Assembly: GCA_030704615.1 (NCBI GenBank)
Contig: CM060732.1
Location: 16,058,001-16,122,000, forward strand
Direction of reading: 5' to 3'
Source of the DNA: Takakia lepidozioides
Lineage: Eukaryota; Plantae; Bryophyta
DNA: 64,000 nt
In this document: one piece after another, positions 36,126 through 48,500 of the stretch
Layout: each line of letters starts with the position of its first letter
How positions within the stretch are numbered: position 1 is the first letter of the stretch
Translations under genes and position numbers: made by a program
Notes under the pieces: generated by a model
What the model was told of the DNA's origin: nothing
What the model saw: only the letters and a program-made list of their open reading frames with translations
Databases searched by the model: none

Positions 36126-38366
36126 ATGTCGAATTCTGCTTCTAGTTCCCATCACAGTCCTAGTATAGATTCTGGAGAGACAGATCCTAGACTTAGACGT
36201 AGAATATTTCGTGCAGCAATTAGAGAAAGATTTTTTCAATTACCCAGAAGTACAGTTCAAGTAACAACATCTGCAGAAGAAACGGAAGAGACTTCGGTTA
36301 ATCAACCTATAGATCACCTGAATATAGATTTGAACGGACAGGACTCTGAAGGTTCTGGATCTTCAGTATCCTCTCCACCTTTAAGCCCAACCAGACCCAG
36401 TAGTCCAGCGTCTAATCCACCATTGAGCCCAGGAGGTCCAGTGGTGCAACCACCGGCTTCAATGACACAACCAATGGCGCAGCCACAACCACCACAGGCA
36501 CCGCCGGTACTGGCGCCTCCACCAGCACCGTTTGCTCCGGATATCCCAATCGTGGTGCCAGCAGGGTTGGCTCCATTGCCACTACCAGGTCACTTGTCTT
36601 GGTTTTCTGGCGAATCACATGAAAACCCTGAATATCATGTCAATTTTTTTTATCCAAAGCTGTTACTCCAATCAGGCTTTGGATGATGCTTATTGGTTGA
36701 TCTGGTTCCCTACGACTTTAAGGGGTAGAGCGTTGACTTGGTATTGGCAGCAAAACGGGGGTTCATTTCAACATTGGGCTCAATTTAGAGATGATTTTCT
36801 AAATCATTTCAGAGCAGTACATCAGTTTACAAGTGTTCTTATGGCCCTTGCCAGAATTAGACAGGGACCAAACGAGGAAGTTGCTGATTTTGAGATGCAT
36901 TTCAAAGAGCTAATGCGATTACAGAATCCTCTAACACCCTTGGATGATGGGATTCTGAAATATTGCTTTCTGAGTGGGTTACGAGAGGATATTCACTTGT
37001 TTGTGTTGCAACAGAGACCTGCTACATTAGCAGATGCGATCAACTCAGGGAAAGAACATGACAACATGCATCGTCAGGTTCAACGTGCGAAGATGCCGGA
37101 GATGGCACTTCCTTCATACATTGCGGTTAATCCAACGCTTGCAGTTTCGGAGGCACCTCCCCCGCCCTATTACAGACCGACAATGACTGGAGGGATGGTT
37201 CCTGCTACCACGATGACATCTGCAATGTCTTTGGTGGCTACCACCACCCCCTCGAACCCAGCAAGTCACTTTAAGTCAGTTCCTACTGAATCATATACGG
37301 GATCCACTAGCAATGATCGGATGGGACATTTTGAGGAACAACTAACATCTGTGTTGAGAGCTGTTGAGTCCATGGGAGATAGAGTTAGTGCCATTGGTCA
37401 GCAGGTTTCCAGTTATGTCCATCACAGGGATACTCAGGTTCCATTAGCTGAGACGGGTCCTAATGCATCCAAGTTATGGTGTTATGATTGTCGAGGGTCA
37501 GGTCATGATCCCCAACATTGTCCCAACCCTATCCAGGAAAGGGAACCTCCTACAGCCCAGAATCCTCCACTAGGACAGGGGTATAGGCCACGAAACCATT
37601 ATCCACCATGTGGAAAGTGTGGTCGGTCCAGTCATAGAACAAAAGATTGTTGGAACGATGTCACATGTCTTCATTGTGGTCTAGTAGGTCATCATTTGGA
37701 GCGCCGTCGAACTAGAAATATTGAGAGGCCAAAACCTACAATCCAATGGCAAGTTGATCAGAATCTACGAGGTCAAAGAGCGCCATTTCCTGATCAATAT
37801 AATCAGGTGCCTCCGGCAAATTTACCACCCCAACACGGGATGTACTTTGCTCCGCAAATATTACAAAAAGATCCAAATTCAATCCCCCAAAGCAATCCCA
37901 ATTCAGTCATCAGCCTAGGGTGTCATTTACCAATCCTGTGATGCAGGAAACACAAAGTCAACTTCCATGGCGACGATCTCAGGATGAGAGGAATCAAGGG
38001 TCCAATCAAGCATCGACATCCACACAACCTCTTCCACAAGCAGGGACTTCCTCTGGTCCAGTCACGCAGAAGTTACCATCGCAACCTAATATGAATTGGA
38101 TACACGCCGAACTGTCAAGCATGCCAAAAGAGGAGAAACGTGAGGAGAACACATGTGTGGTGATGACTCGCCAACAACGAGAGATGCTGGTACGAGCGCC
38201 GGAAGAGGTAATTCCAGAGGTTACAACTACTTCATCTTTGGACAAAGAGAATAGCAAGCACCCATCACCAGTAGCCCTAAGACGACGAGCTTACAAGTAC
38301 CTAATGCATGATGTTTTTGAAACAAACCGGAGACTAAGTGTGCATGAATTAGAAACTCAAAAGTAG
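36126..38366 (+). pseudogene. Retrotransposon Gag with CCHC knuckles, frameshifted
   Basis: FSGESHENPEYHV / FPTTLRGRALTWY...W.QFRDDFLNHF...IRQGPNEEV...FLSGLREDI; knuckles CYDCRGSGHDPQHC and CGKCGRSSHRTKDC. Confidence 0.85.
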
Positions 38367-39411
38367 ATAGTGAATACCTACTATCTAGCTATAGTGGGTT
38401 ACAAATCAAGGTCCAGACATCATAATCCTTCTCCTCTCAGAGTTGGGCAAATGCTGCCATAACTACACTTTCACATCTCTTATGCATCACATCCAATGGT
38501 CTGAGCTACCACAGTACAACTTTCTCATTTCCCTAAAACAGATCGTGTGGAAGCGAAATGCTCCTTCAACTACATCAAAATCAAGACTCCTCCTCACTAG
38601 CTCTCCTCACCTCCGCATCTCTCATCTCCAGTTCTACCTCCAAAAACATGCGAGAAGCCAAGCTGAATACTCGGTGCCACTACTTGGCATATATCATAGG
38701 AGCCTTATCACGCTCATAAAACCTCGCCGCCCTTTCCTGCTGCTCTTGGTCATGTTCCAGCTCTGCTGATTTTCGTCAGACACCATACTGACACACAAAA
38801 TAGGATGCAGCCTCTGGGCTGTAAATGCTAACCGCCGAATATAAAGAAAGCACCGCAACACCTCCTTCAAAACCCTTATGCACACACCTCATGCTTCAAG
38901 CCTCGGAGTGATCACTCTCCCTTTTGCGCAGCTCGTGTCTATGCTAGAAACAACTAGACTAATATCCCGAACGTCGTATAGAGGTGCAGAATTCATCCAC
39001 GGGATTTCTTATCCAACAAGGTCATGCAGGATGATAACCCACAACTTCATCCATAGAAATCCACCAACAGATTTCATCAAGGGACAGCCAAAAACGCACC
39101 CAGGCTACTAACCCTTAAGTGCATCAAAAAGGAAAAGTGAAAACATGGCACAAGAATTTGCACCACATATGTGGTGTGGCTCCCGTTTTAAGTGACAGCA
39201 TCCCTGCTGTCTTCGTGCTGACTTGATTGTGGTTGTGTACTCACATTTATAGGCTCACACCTCATCGTCGGTCAATCCTTCTAGTCCTTGCCATACTGGG
39301 CACCTGTGAGCCAGGATAATGGGCATGACCATGTGGATCCCTGTCTCTTGAACCTGTAATCTTGCATGATGGCATGCAACCTCGCATCCCAATCAGCTTT
39401 ATTAGCAATGC

Positions 39412-39618
39412 TCAGGTTGATGATGCCCAGTTTGCTCCTCTTCGAGCTTGCTCATTGCTCTTGTCCCAAAAGGACGTGTTTATGCCATGATAAATGCCCA
39501 TGCACTCACACATCTTCTTGAACACTCGTGCCCGATCAAACTCTTGGTCGGTGAACAAAAACCGTGGGTGTCCAAACCTGGATACAACTTCCTCGTCCAA
39601 GAACTTGGCCGCACACAA
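39412..39618 (-). pseudogene. Integrase core fragment
   Basis: AKFLDEEVVSRFGHPRFLFTDQ...FKKMCECMGIYH matches the rve pattern F+.e.iv.rfG.P..i.tD. Confidence 0.7.
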
Positions 39619-41355
39619 AGGTGAGTGACGAGCCCTGGACGCGTGCGGTCAGGGTGACGGCATACTAACTAGAAGGGGTCGAGGTGTGTAGCGGAATGGA
39701 TTGGGCTCAAGAACCGTCCACCCGATTGTGGTTAATGCAGGGGTTCCGCGGTAATGCTAGTGGCGGTGATAATGAAACAATTCTACTTCTACCGGCAAAG
39801 CGAATACGATTTCTACTTCACAGAGCAAGTTTGCGTTTCTAGTTCCTATAGTCTTTTTATGTAATTTTAGTCTTGCAATTGCCTTCCAAGTCTTCTTTAT
39901 TTACTAAATCCTACAGGCCTAAACCCCGAGACGCAAATAGCCGGGACACTTTTCCTTGTCCCTTCACAAAGCACCTACCGAGTTTAGGGAGGAAGAGGGG
40001 GGAATCCCTTCCCAATACCCCTCCAGTTCCTGGGTGGTTGTGTTCAACCCACCGCTCAGGAAGGGCCAACGTCCTTTAACTCACGAATTATGGCTTTAAA
40101 ATGGTGGATATACTCTCAAGTCCCTAGGACTAATTCCCCACAATTAATAATGCACAAATGGACAGCAAATATAGAAAAAAATAAAAAAATAAAAAAAATC
40201 AGAAAAACACCTTTAGGTAGAGAATCCTTCCTAGACTCCAAGGATCGTGGAATTACCTTTAGGGGACTGAGGGAACAGCATGGGAACCAACCCCTAAGGT
40301 GGGAACATCGGGGAATGGCTCCCAGCACGGGGGACAGCCGCCGTAATCAACGACTGCGGATGAACACAATCCGGGGCACGCCGCCCATCCGTTGCTCAAT
40401 AATTCATCCGCTGGCTCAAAATATGCTAAGTGCGGTGGGGCCGGGCTGTTTTCCCCACGTGCCCTCCACTCCCTTTACTTAAGGCTAGTGGAGACCTTTT
40501 CTATGCTTGACACTATTCCTCACTGTAGCCTAGATTCAAGGCTAGTGTATTTCTTGTCCAAATTTTCTCTCACGCTGTCTCAGTGTGTAGCTCGGAGGCT
40601 CCTAAACTCCCCGGACTGAGCTATGGCTCATACAATCCCTCTTCCTTAAAGCTCTAACATACCCGAGTTACGGAATTTATCATCCCATTGATCGTAAGAT
40701 AGACCCACAATTCGCCTAAGAGGGGTATCAAAAAAACATAATAGTACAAGGTAGGGAAATACCCCCTTCAGTAGGCGCTTCCGCCGCACCCAGCGGACAA
40801 AAACTGCAGTATTTTGAAAATTTCTCCCAATACCATCCCAGACAAAAGAGCACTTCCACCCTTACGTAATATCTGCGCTGCCTCATACCTATAAACCACA
40901 GCCATGCCCCAACTTAGAAGCAAAGATTTGAAGACATGAATTCATCGCTAAAGAAGATGGGAAAACTTGCAGGCATCAGCAAGTGACAGCAGCTGCTATA
41001 TTGTAGAATATGTTTAACCAGCACACACTGGATCAATCTATAAGCGACACCATACACAGCTCAGTCCGCAAAGATCTGAAGACATGCCAACTGCTTGCTG
41101 AAAAGGATTATGGGAAAAATGCTTCCAGGCATAGCAGATGAAGCATCATTGCGCTGAAATCACACTAGAAAATATTCCCTTATAAAGCGTACAATGAATC
41201 CATGCAAGACAAACAATCCCATACTTGTAGAAGGATACGTACTGTGTGTGGGAGGCTGTCAATGACTGCTGGGCTTCAGCACCACGGACAAAATCATGGA
41301 AAGTATGTCACAATTCTTGAGGGTAGTCGTTGCATTGACTGCTTGGGTCTATGCA

Positions 41356-43260
41356 CTACCATAGCTCAGTAGAGCGAGGAAAGAAGACCTTTGATGACCC
41401 TACAATGACAGAAGCCAGTTCCCCAAGTTCTACAACTGCAATCAAGGCAGGGGCCACATCGAAGCCATAACCACACTGCTTTTCGTGGAACTGTACATAC
41501 GCCTGCAAATTGGCCTCTGTTGGCAATATCATCTTCCGCTTTAAAGTCTCTACTGCACGACAGATCAGGCTCTGGTGTGAAGAAAACAGTTGCTGACGTT
41601 GGGTTGCCGACTGCTCTACGAGAAACAAGTGGGGCAGCAGCATGTGATGCAAGCACCTCAAAGTTGGTCCTCTTTTCTCCATAAACTGTGAGGTACTTTT
41701 CTCGGTTGGGATGGCTTCCGCCACCACGATATCAAGTAGAGGTCTCAAAGCAGTCGGATGCTCTTGATGTATCACGTTGGGCTTTGCTCTAGCCAGCCTC
41801 GAGTGAGTGAGAAAAGTGGGGTTCACATCAGAATTGGACCAGTTGTCAGCTACTGGTACATCATGTCTCCTTGCAGTGGGCATCATACATGCACCATTGT
41901 CAGGCTTGGCTCCCACAACAACAAAGGGCCCAGGCCCTGAATCCCTATGCTCCACTTTATTATTGATAAAGGAAAGTCTCACTTCAGGCACGTAGGACTC
42001 TACATTGCCAGTCAATGGCTGCAGCTGGGGGATGAACTCGGTTGAGGAAGCTACATCTGCCTGTGAAGCTGGTTCATGACGCCTTTGTTGTCATGGGAAA
42101 GTCGCAACTGCACAGTAGGCTGCCCACTGATCATGTTATTAGACAGTGGACCCTTTCCATTATTGCTTGCACCTACAGATGACAAGCTCTTATTGCATGG
42201 GTGATCTGGTGGAGCCTCCCATCTAATGCCAGCTTCAGACTGTACATCCCTGTCTTTACCGGGTGTGGGACCGTTATAGCTTGTGTGTACAGATACCCGC
42301 CCATTCACATACTCAGATGTACTACTGGAATATTCAGGTGCCAAGACCCTATGGTTGGAGTGATCCCAAGAAGAAAGAGGTTGCTCTGATCGAACTCTTG
42401 GCAAAGTTGTAGACTCAGTGTTTACGCCTTCACCGCGTGCTAGGCTAGCCCAAAGCCACACACTTGATGGCACATCAAGCAGCGATGGTGATACATAGAG
42501 ATTAAGAGGCCGTGCCAACAAAATATTGTAGGTTCTCATTCAAAGTCGATGAAGCGCATTGGCAAAGTCACGATCCCCTGATATGAGAAGACAGTGTGCT
42601 GGAGGGGGGTTGTCAAGTGCCCAAAATATCATGTCCACCAATATTGCCTTATCACTTGCATCCTTCCTGCCTGTCAACCACATGCCTTCTTGGTGAACAC
42701 CTCGTAGTAAATGGGTGATAATAGAAAGAAACTTTCATTCAGTCTGCAAGCTGGCACACCTATTAGAACATCTCGAGGCTACTCTTCCAGTCTTTCACCA
42801 CTTTGGTTTCATGGTCTCTCGATGTAAGCAAGGCCTGAATTGGGATGGCTGACATCTATTTGAAAACCCTGCCCACATTCATGCCCTAACTCAAAATACA
42901 AAGATACAGCTTGATTACACATCTGCATTCACTGCAAAAGCACCTGGCCTGGAAGAGACTTCCACATGGCATGGAGAAACTGATATTTTCTAAAGAATTC
43001 CACGTATATTAGATGTATCATCGGGAGCATTGAGCTCATTTGTCCCCTTGAAGTACTAGATGAACAACATACACAGTCGAACTTTGCATTTGAAACCAGA
43101 GAACCCTACAATAAGCCAGTGAGAAACGAGTCGTCCCAACTTAATCACAACATTGCTGCGTCAAAGCCACTACGGGCTTCAGGCCAGAAAAACACGAGGG
43201 CGTATGCAATTACAAACCTGATGGTACATGGTGCAAGTTGATTCCTGTGCTGGATAGTAC
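41356..43260 (-). pseudogene. NYN-domain (MARF1-like) gene remnant
   Basis: LSSTGINLHHVPS|GRKDASDKAILVDMIFWALDNPPPAHCLLISGDRDFANALHRL*MRTYNILLA; in-frame stops; 5' end replaced. Confidence 0.85.
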
Positions 43261-43620
43261 TCTGCCTCATCTAATCGCCCTGCACGGCCAAGAAGGTCCA
43301 CCATGCAGCCAAAATGCTTAAAGCCTTCCTGTCACATTTGTTCAAAGAGATGGAAGGCCTCCCTACCACACCCATAATGAGCACATCCTGCAATCATCAC
43401 ATTCCATGAGTCCACATTTTGTATAGCCATGTTGTCAATAGAATTCCAGTTTTGATGATGTCAGCATGGACCCGCTGCCCTCTTTCCAGGCTTCCTAGCT
43501 TGGCACATGCATTGAGAACACAAGTGAATGTTCCTATGCTCAATGTTCCTATCCTTCCGCAGGGAATCATAGGTAATCTGAACTCTGAGGAGTTGGCCAC
43601 TCAGCACTTGAACAACATCA
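43260..43620 (-). pseudogene. PLS-class PPR fragment
   Basis: TFTCVLNACAKLGSLERGQRVHADI and GCMVDLLGRAGRLDEAE, with deletions. Confidence 0.8.
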
Positions 43621-44569
43621 GCAGCCGTCCACCAGCTAGTATGTGGTAATCTATGGTTGAGGTGCCTGGGAATCATACGTAATCTTGTGCTTGAAATCTG
43701 GCCCTCTTGGATGAATCTGGACCCACACTCTATCCCTTCTCCTTCAAGCTCTATCCATGCCTCAGCACAAATCATGCATTCATCGTTGCCCTTGCTGCTA
43801 GCAGCTGACAATGACAGCCTAGGAAACACCCAATCACACTAGTTCCTATGCTGAATTGCGTCTGCTACTCTCTATCATCTAGCAGGCATTCAACTTTTTG
43901 CCTCCGTTGTCCCACCATTGACTGGGGTCAACAATTCCACACCTTCTCTTCATCTCTGTTACCTATTTTTGGATACTTTACTGTTATCACATTAGCAGTA
44001 TCATGTCAAAATCACTCCAAACTAGATTCACTCAACCAGCTAACTTGCAAAATTCAACATGGAAATTCAGGGCCGGTTCTCACAAGAGGGAAAAACAGGG
44101 TGAAATGTGTTGAAGAAGGTGCCTTCATTAGCAGTGCCTTGTTCTATCAATTGTGCCGTTGCCGCTGTTGTTTCCAGTTGACCAACTACCCACGCAAATT
44201 TCTCGTAGCTATTGATCCACATGAATCAGAAGTAATCTTGTGTTTGAAATCCGGCCATCTTGGATAAATCTGGACCTCTATCACTGGTCCTTCAGCTATC
44301 CCTGCCTATGTACAAACCAAAGCTTCTCCTCATCTCTGTTATCTGTTTTTGGATACTTTCCTTGCTGCCACATCGGCAGTTACTTGTCAAAGTCATTCCA
44401 AACTACCACAGATCCACCCAACGTGCTAACTTACAGAATTCAATATGCATCTCAGGGCCGAGTCTGATGAGAGGGCAAAACATGCTGAAATAGGTCGAAG
44501 AAGAAGGTGCCCTCACCACATTGTCCTTGACAATTTAGTATGTATCTCAGGGCCGAGTCTGATGAGAGG

Positions 44570-45110
44570 GCAAAATAGGTTGGGCATATCCTGCAATTGT
44601 CGCATTCCACGACACCACATTTCGTTCAACCACATTGTCAAATACTCCCTTTGCATCCTCCATGCACCCACATTTCGCATACATGTCCACTAGGGCAGTG
44701 TCCAGAATGACATTTGGTACAATTCCAGCTTGATGATGTCACCATTCACCTCTTTGCCTTTTTCCAAGGCTGCCAGGCTTGCACAAACATTGCCAATGCA
44801 CACAAACGTGATGTGGTTGCACTTCACCCCTCCCCCATCATTTGTTCATAGGTCTCCAAGGCCTCCATCTCGCGCCCCTGCTGTGCATATCCTGCAAGCA
44901 TGGCATTCCAGGACACCAAATCTCGTTCAGCCATATTGTTGAACACTCCCTCCGCATCCTCAATGCTCCCACATTTGGCATACATGTCCACGAGGGTATG
45001 GTTCAGTATCAGTGATCACATCTGGTACAATTCTAGCTTTGGCCATGCAACCATGCACCTCTTTGCCCTTTTCCAGCATACGCACTGCAAACGCATACAA
45101 ACGTGATGTG
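44570..45110 (-). pseudogene. PLS-class PPR fragments
   Basis: The minus strand reads LVDMYAKCGSIEDAEGVFN, SWNAMLAGYAQQGR and LVDMYAKCGCMEDA; frameshifted. Confidence 0.8.
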
Positions 45111-45329
45111 GAAAGCTATGACCTACAAAAAATTCTTAGATCTCTCATTTACGTTTTGGGGTCTGAAAAGGGCTTGTGGCAAGTAAACAAGCCCAAAACA
45201 GATTGCACTTCAAAGGCCATTTTTGGCAGAAAATTAGCAATTTTGGAAAACAGTCGCTCGGTCATTACGTGGTGGGAGTCCTTCCGGCCAGTCGTTCCAC
45301 TGACTACGGGGTAATTTTTCAGGTACAGC

Positions 45330-45830
45330 CACGTGGCACCGTCACGCAAGGCGTTTACTGAATCTTAGATCTTGACCACAACGGATTTTTGACTGGGGGG
45401 GAACTTCCCCACAGTCACTACTACATTTGGGGGGGGGGGGGGGTCTGCAACGCCCAACGCCCCCGAGACCGCAAAGTCTGCGACGAAACCGTCGGGGGCC
45501 CATCTGCGGCGCCTGGGGAGTCGCAGATTGCGACGAAACCAACGAGGGCCAATCTGCGACGCTTTTCCGTCGCAAGATGAAACACCTTGATTTGAAAAAA
45601 AAAACCTTATTTTTTTTGCGACGCTTAAGGGTCGGTATGGCGACGTTTAGCGACCCCTGCGACTCCTTACGACCCCCAAGGCGTCGCAACAAGTGGGAAA
45701 AAAAAAAAAAAAAAAAAAAAAAAAACCCAATTTTTTTTGCAACCCCTGCGACTTCTTGCGACCCCCTAGGCGTCGCAGAGGCTCCAAAACGTCGCAATTA
45801 TTTTGCGACCCCCTGTGGGTCGCAGATGCT
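45330..45830. repeat. Short non-autonomous TE-like insert rich in TGCGAC/GTCGCA motifs
   Basis: Many (T)GCGAC/GTCGC(A) copies in both orientations with homopolymer runs; ends not defined. Confidence 0.5.
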
Positions 45831-46320
45831 CATTGACAAGTTGTATAATGAATGTATCTAAAATTTCTATGAGCCACTAATTTATATGAGCCACTAATGT
45901 TGGGAGGTTCTTTGATTCAATTACAAACCCCCAGAGATTATCAAGAATATTATGTGGATATATAACCGCAGATCTCATAAAAACAAAGAACCGGCAATGG
46001 CTCATGACCGCCGGCTACATAGTTTTGTCTGAAAACCAAGAAAGATCCGTCGGTTATTAGATGAAAACCGCCGGTTTCTTGAGATTCTTATTTTCAACCG
46101 AAACGAAAGGTTCTTTCCATAAAAATATATATGAAAAACCTAGAATCGGAGGTTCTTTGATCATAAGTTTTGGATAAAACCGGAACAGGAGGTTATGAAT
46201 GAAATCAAATTACTGCCCAACATTGGTTACAACGTTGAGTTATAGTCGCAGCACATTGTTTAAGTAACATATATATATTTATATACATAGATAGATTTAT
46301 AGGTTAGATTTAATATATTG

Positions 46321-46323
<3 letters not shown>

Positions 46324-46361
<38 letters not shown>
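46324..46361. repeat. (TA)n microsatellite
   Basis: Read directly. Confidence 0.95.
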
Positions 46362-46363
<2 letters not shown>

Positions 46364-46953
46364 GTTATAGTATATTAAATATATGATTTATTATTGATAA
46401 CGTGATGTTAACCCTTAAGTTCCCAAGCCCTTTTTTGACATTTTACCAATTTTGGGTACCCAGCTGCAGTAAATTGCCCCTAGAAACCTACCAAAAATCA
46501 TCCAGAGATTCCAGCCTTATAGCAATGGGCCCAGCTCATTTAGGCATGACATACCAAAAAATGAGCCAAGTCCACCGTGGAAATTGTGAGATTATAGCAT
46601 TGGCCCGGACCTCAAATATCAGGTCCCAAAAAAAAAGTGAGAAAGAAATTGGTTTGACCAAATCAAAACCTAGCTTTATCCAATTTTGCTTGCCCCAAGA
46701 CCACCATTTCCAAATCAATAGTGGAGTGGCTATGACCCCACTAAATTGCAGGTCCAACTGATTTTTTCACCTATGGTTGCTATGCATGCAATTACATGGG
46801 GGTTGAAATCTTAAAATTGACAAGAGAAAATGTGCCTCCAAATGAAGTACTTTTTTTTCTACAAATTTTTTTAAAGCCAATGGTGGATGTGTGTATGTAA
46901 TGCTCGAAACTGACTTGCCTTAGGATTGTAGGAGCTGTGCTACACCGCTCCAA

Positions 46954-47400
46954 GCTCTGATACCATGTTGACAGTAATCATGTTAAGTGGCTCTTAGTTA
47001 CGCCGGCTTGGGCCGAAGTCTTCTCTCTCTTGACAGAAATCAAAGATGAGTTAAGAGAGAGAAAAATGCCACATAAGTAAGCCTAGTGGGCTGAGTCCAA
47101 AGGAAAATAGTCAAGCTCCTAATGAGTGTGAAGGGTGGTAACCTTCACTGCTGCCAATGCCAACGACGCATAGGCTGCCGTTACGGAGACCATCACCTAT
47201 TCCACTGCTTCTACTCTACACAGTCCACTTACGGTGAAAGGTGTCACTAAATGTAAAACCAGTTAAATGCCTAAGGGAGAGAGGGCCCACTCCCGAGAGG
47301 GGGCAGTAGCCGTGAGGCGAAGTGGCTCTTAGTTACGCCGGCTTTGGCCCCAGTCTTCTCTCTCTAGAGTGGGGGGTGTAAAGACCCATACTCTACAGAG
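46954..47400 (-). mobile_element. LTR remnant with initiator-Met PBS
   Basis: GCTCTGATACCA (46954-46965) is the reverse complement of TGGTATCAGAGC and abuts TGTTG (LTR end ...CAACA on the minus strand). A ~45-bp direct repeat lies near 46985 and 47320. Extent uncertain. Confidence 0.55.
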
Positions 47401-47973
47401 CTTGAACGAAAGCGATGATCGGAAGGAAGGGCGCTTAGTGACGTCAAATCTGCTATTTACTGCCTCCACGTCCAATGTTTGAAGCTTCTTCTTCATGACT
47501 TGAAGGTGCCCTGAAGGGTCATTGGTAGAACTCCTCAGTGATTTCGATGTTCGTTCCAACGTGTACGTTTGGAGAAGATTTGGCTGGAGCACTACACTGT
47601 TGATTTCTAGCAAAGCAGGACAAGAATTCTTCTCAGGCTTTGTTCTTGAACAAAGAACTTGGAGTAAATTATTATGTCTACATGTGCAGGTCGTCTTGGC
47701 TGCATGTTGCCTGGCATTGTGAGGTCCGTAGACTTGATCTGGCGCTGAACATTCTTCAGTGAGTAAGCTACTCGGTTCAAGGAGAAATCTAAATTGACCA
47801 GTAAACATTGGTCTGACATTCAAGTGACCAGTCTCTAAAGCTGGATTATTTTAATGTTCAATTATGGATGTCCAGTAACTCACTCTAAGTAACGACGCCC
47901 CTCTGCTTCCTTGTGGAGAGAGCTGGGACACAGCCAGCTGATCACGCTGAGCACCAAAAATCTTCAGAATTTA

Positions 47974-48500
47974 TCATGACAGACATGCCATAATTAGCTG
48001 CTTGAACTCAACAAAATCTACTTTTCCATCGCCGTTCCTATCTACACCAGATATCATTTTTTGACAATCTAGGAGCCTTACACCTCCAGGTACTATTCCA
48101 AGGCTTCTCAGAACCGTGTGAAGTTCAGGAACAGAGATGAAACCGTCCTTATTATTGTCAAATATTGAAAAGGCTTCCAAAAGCTCACCCTCCGTGTCAG
48201 GCTGTTCACTGGGACGCGCTGCTTCTTGCCCTACGCCCTCAGTAAACTCGCCACTAGATCGAGGCTTATGAAGGTCGAGGAACTCTTCAAAGTCTACATA
48301 TCCATCCCCGCTCTTGTCTGCACATTCCAGCATGCAAAACAAGCTCCTCCTCCGACATTTCAAATCCTAGCTTCTCCATAAACATGCAGCTCATCTTTGC
48401 ATATCTGGCCATCGCCATTCTCGTCGTATGTGTTGAACACCCTCTTCATTTCCAATATCTCAGGAGTGCATATCCTGGATGCTGTGCTAAATAAACTTTC
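47974..48500 (-). pseudogene. Calmodulin-like (four EF-hand) gene, frameshifted
   Basis: EF loops DENGDGQICKDE, DKSGDGYVDFEE, DNNKDGFISVPE and DRNGDGKVDFVE; two frameshifts near 48340-48385. An N-terminal extension may reach about 49100. Confidence 0.85.

Larger units (their letters stand above)
33380..39700 (+). mobile_element. Decayed Ty3/gypsy-like LTR retrotransposon (5' LTR ending near 35859, PBS, gag)
   Basis: AT-rich LTR-like region ending ...TTTGACA, followed by a PBS and gag. No 3' LTR or intact pol seen; outer limits are approximate. Confidence 0.65.

Noticed and set aside
44450-44580. Hammerhead ribozyme at duplicated CTGATGAG
   Set aside because: No stem II pairing before GAAA and no supporting flanking helices.
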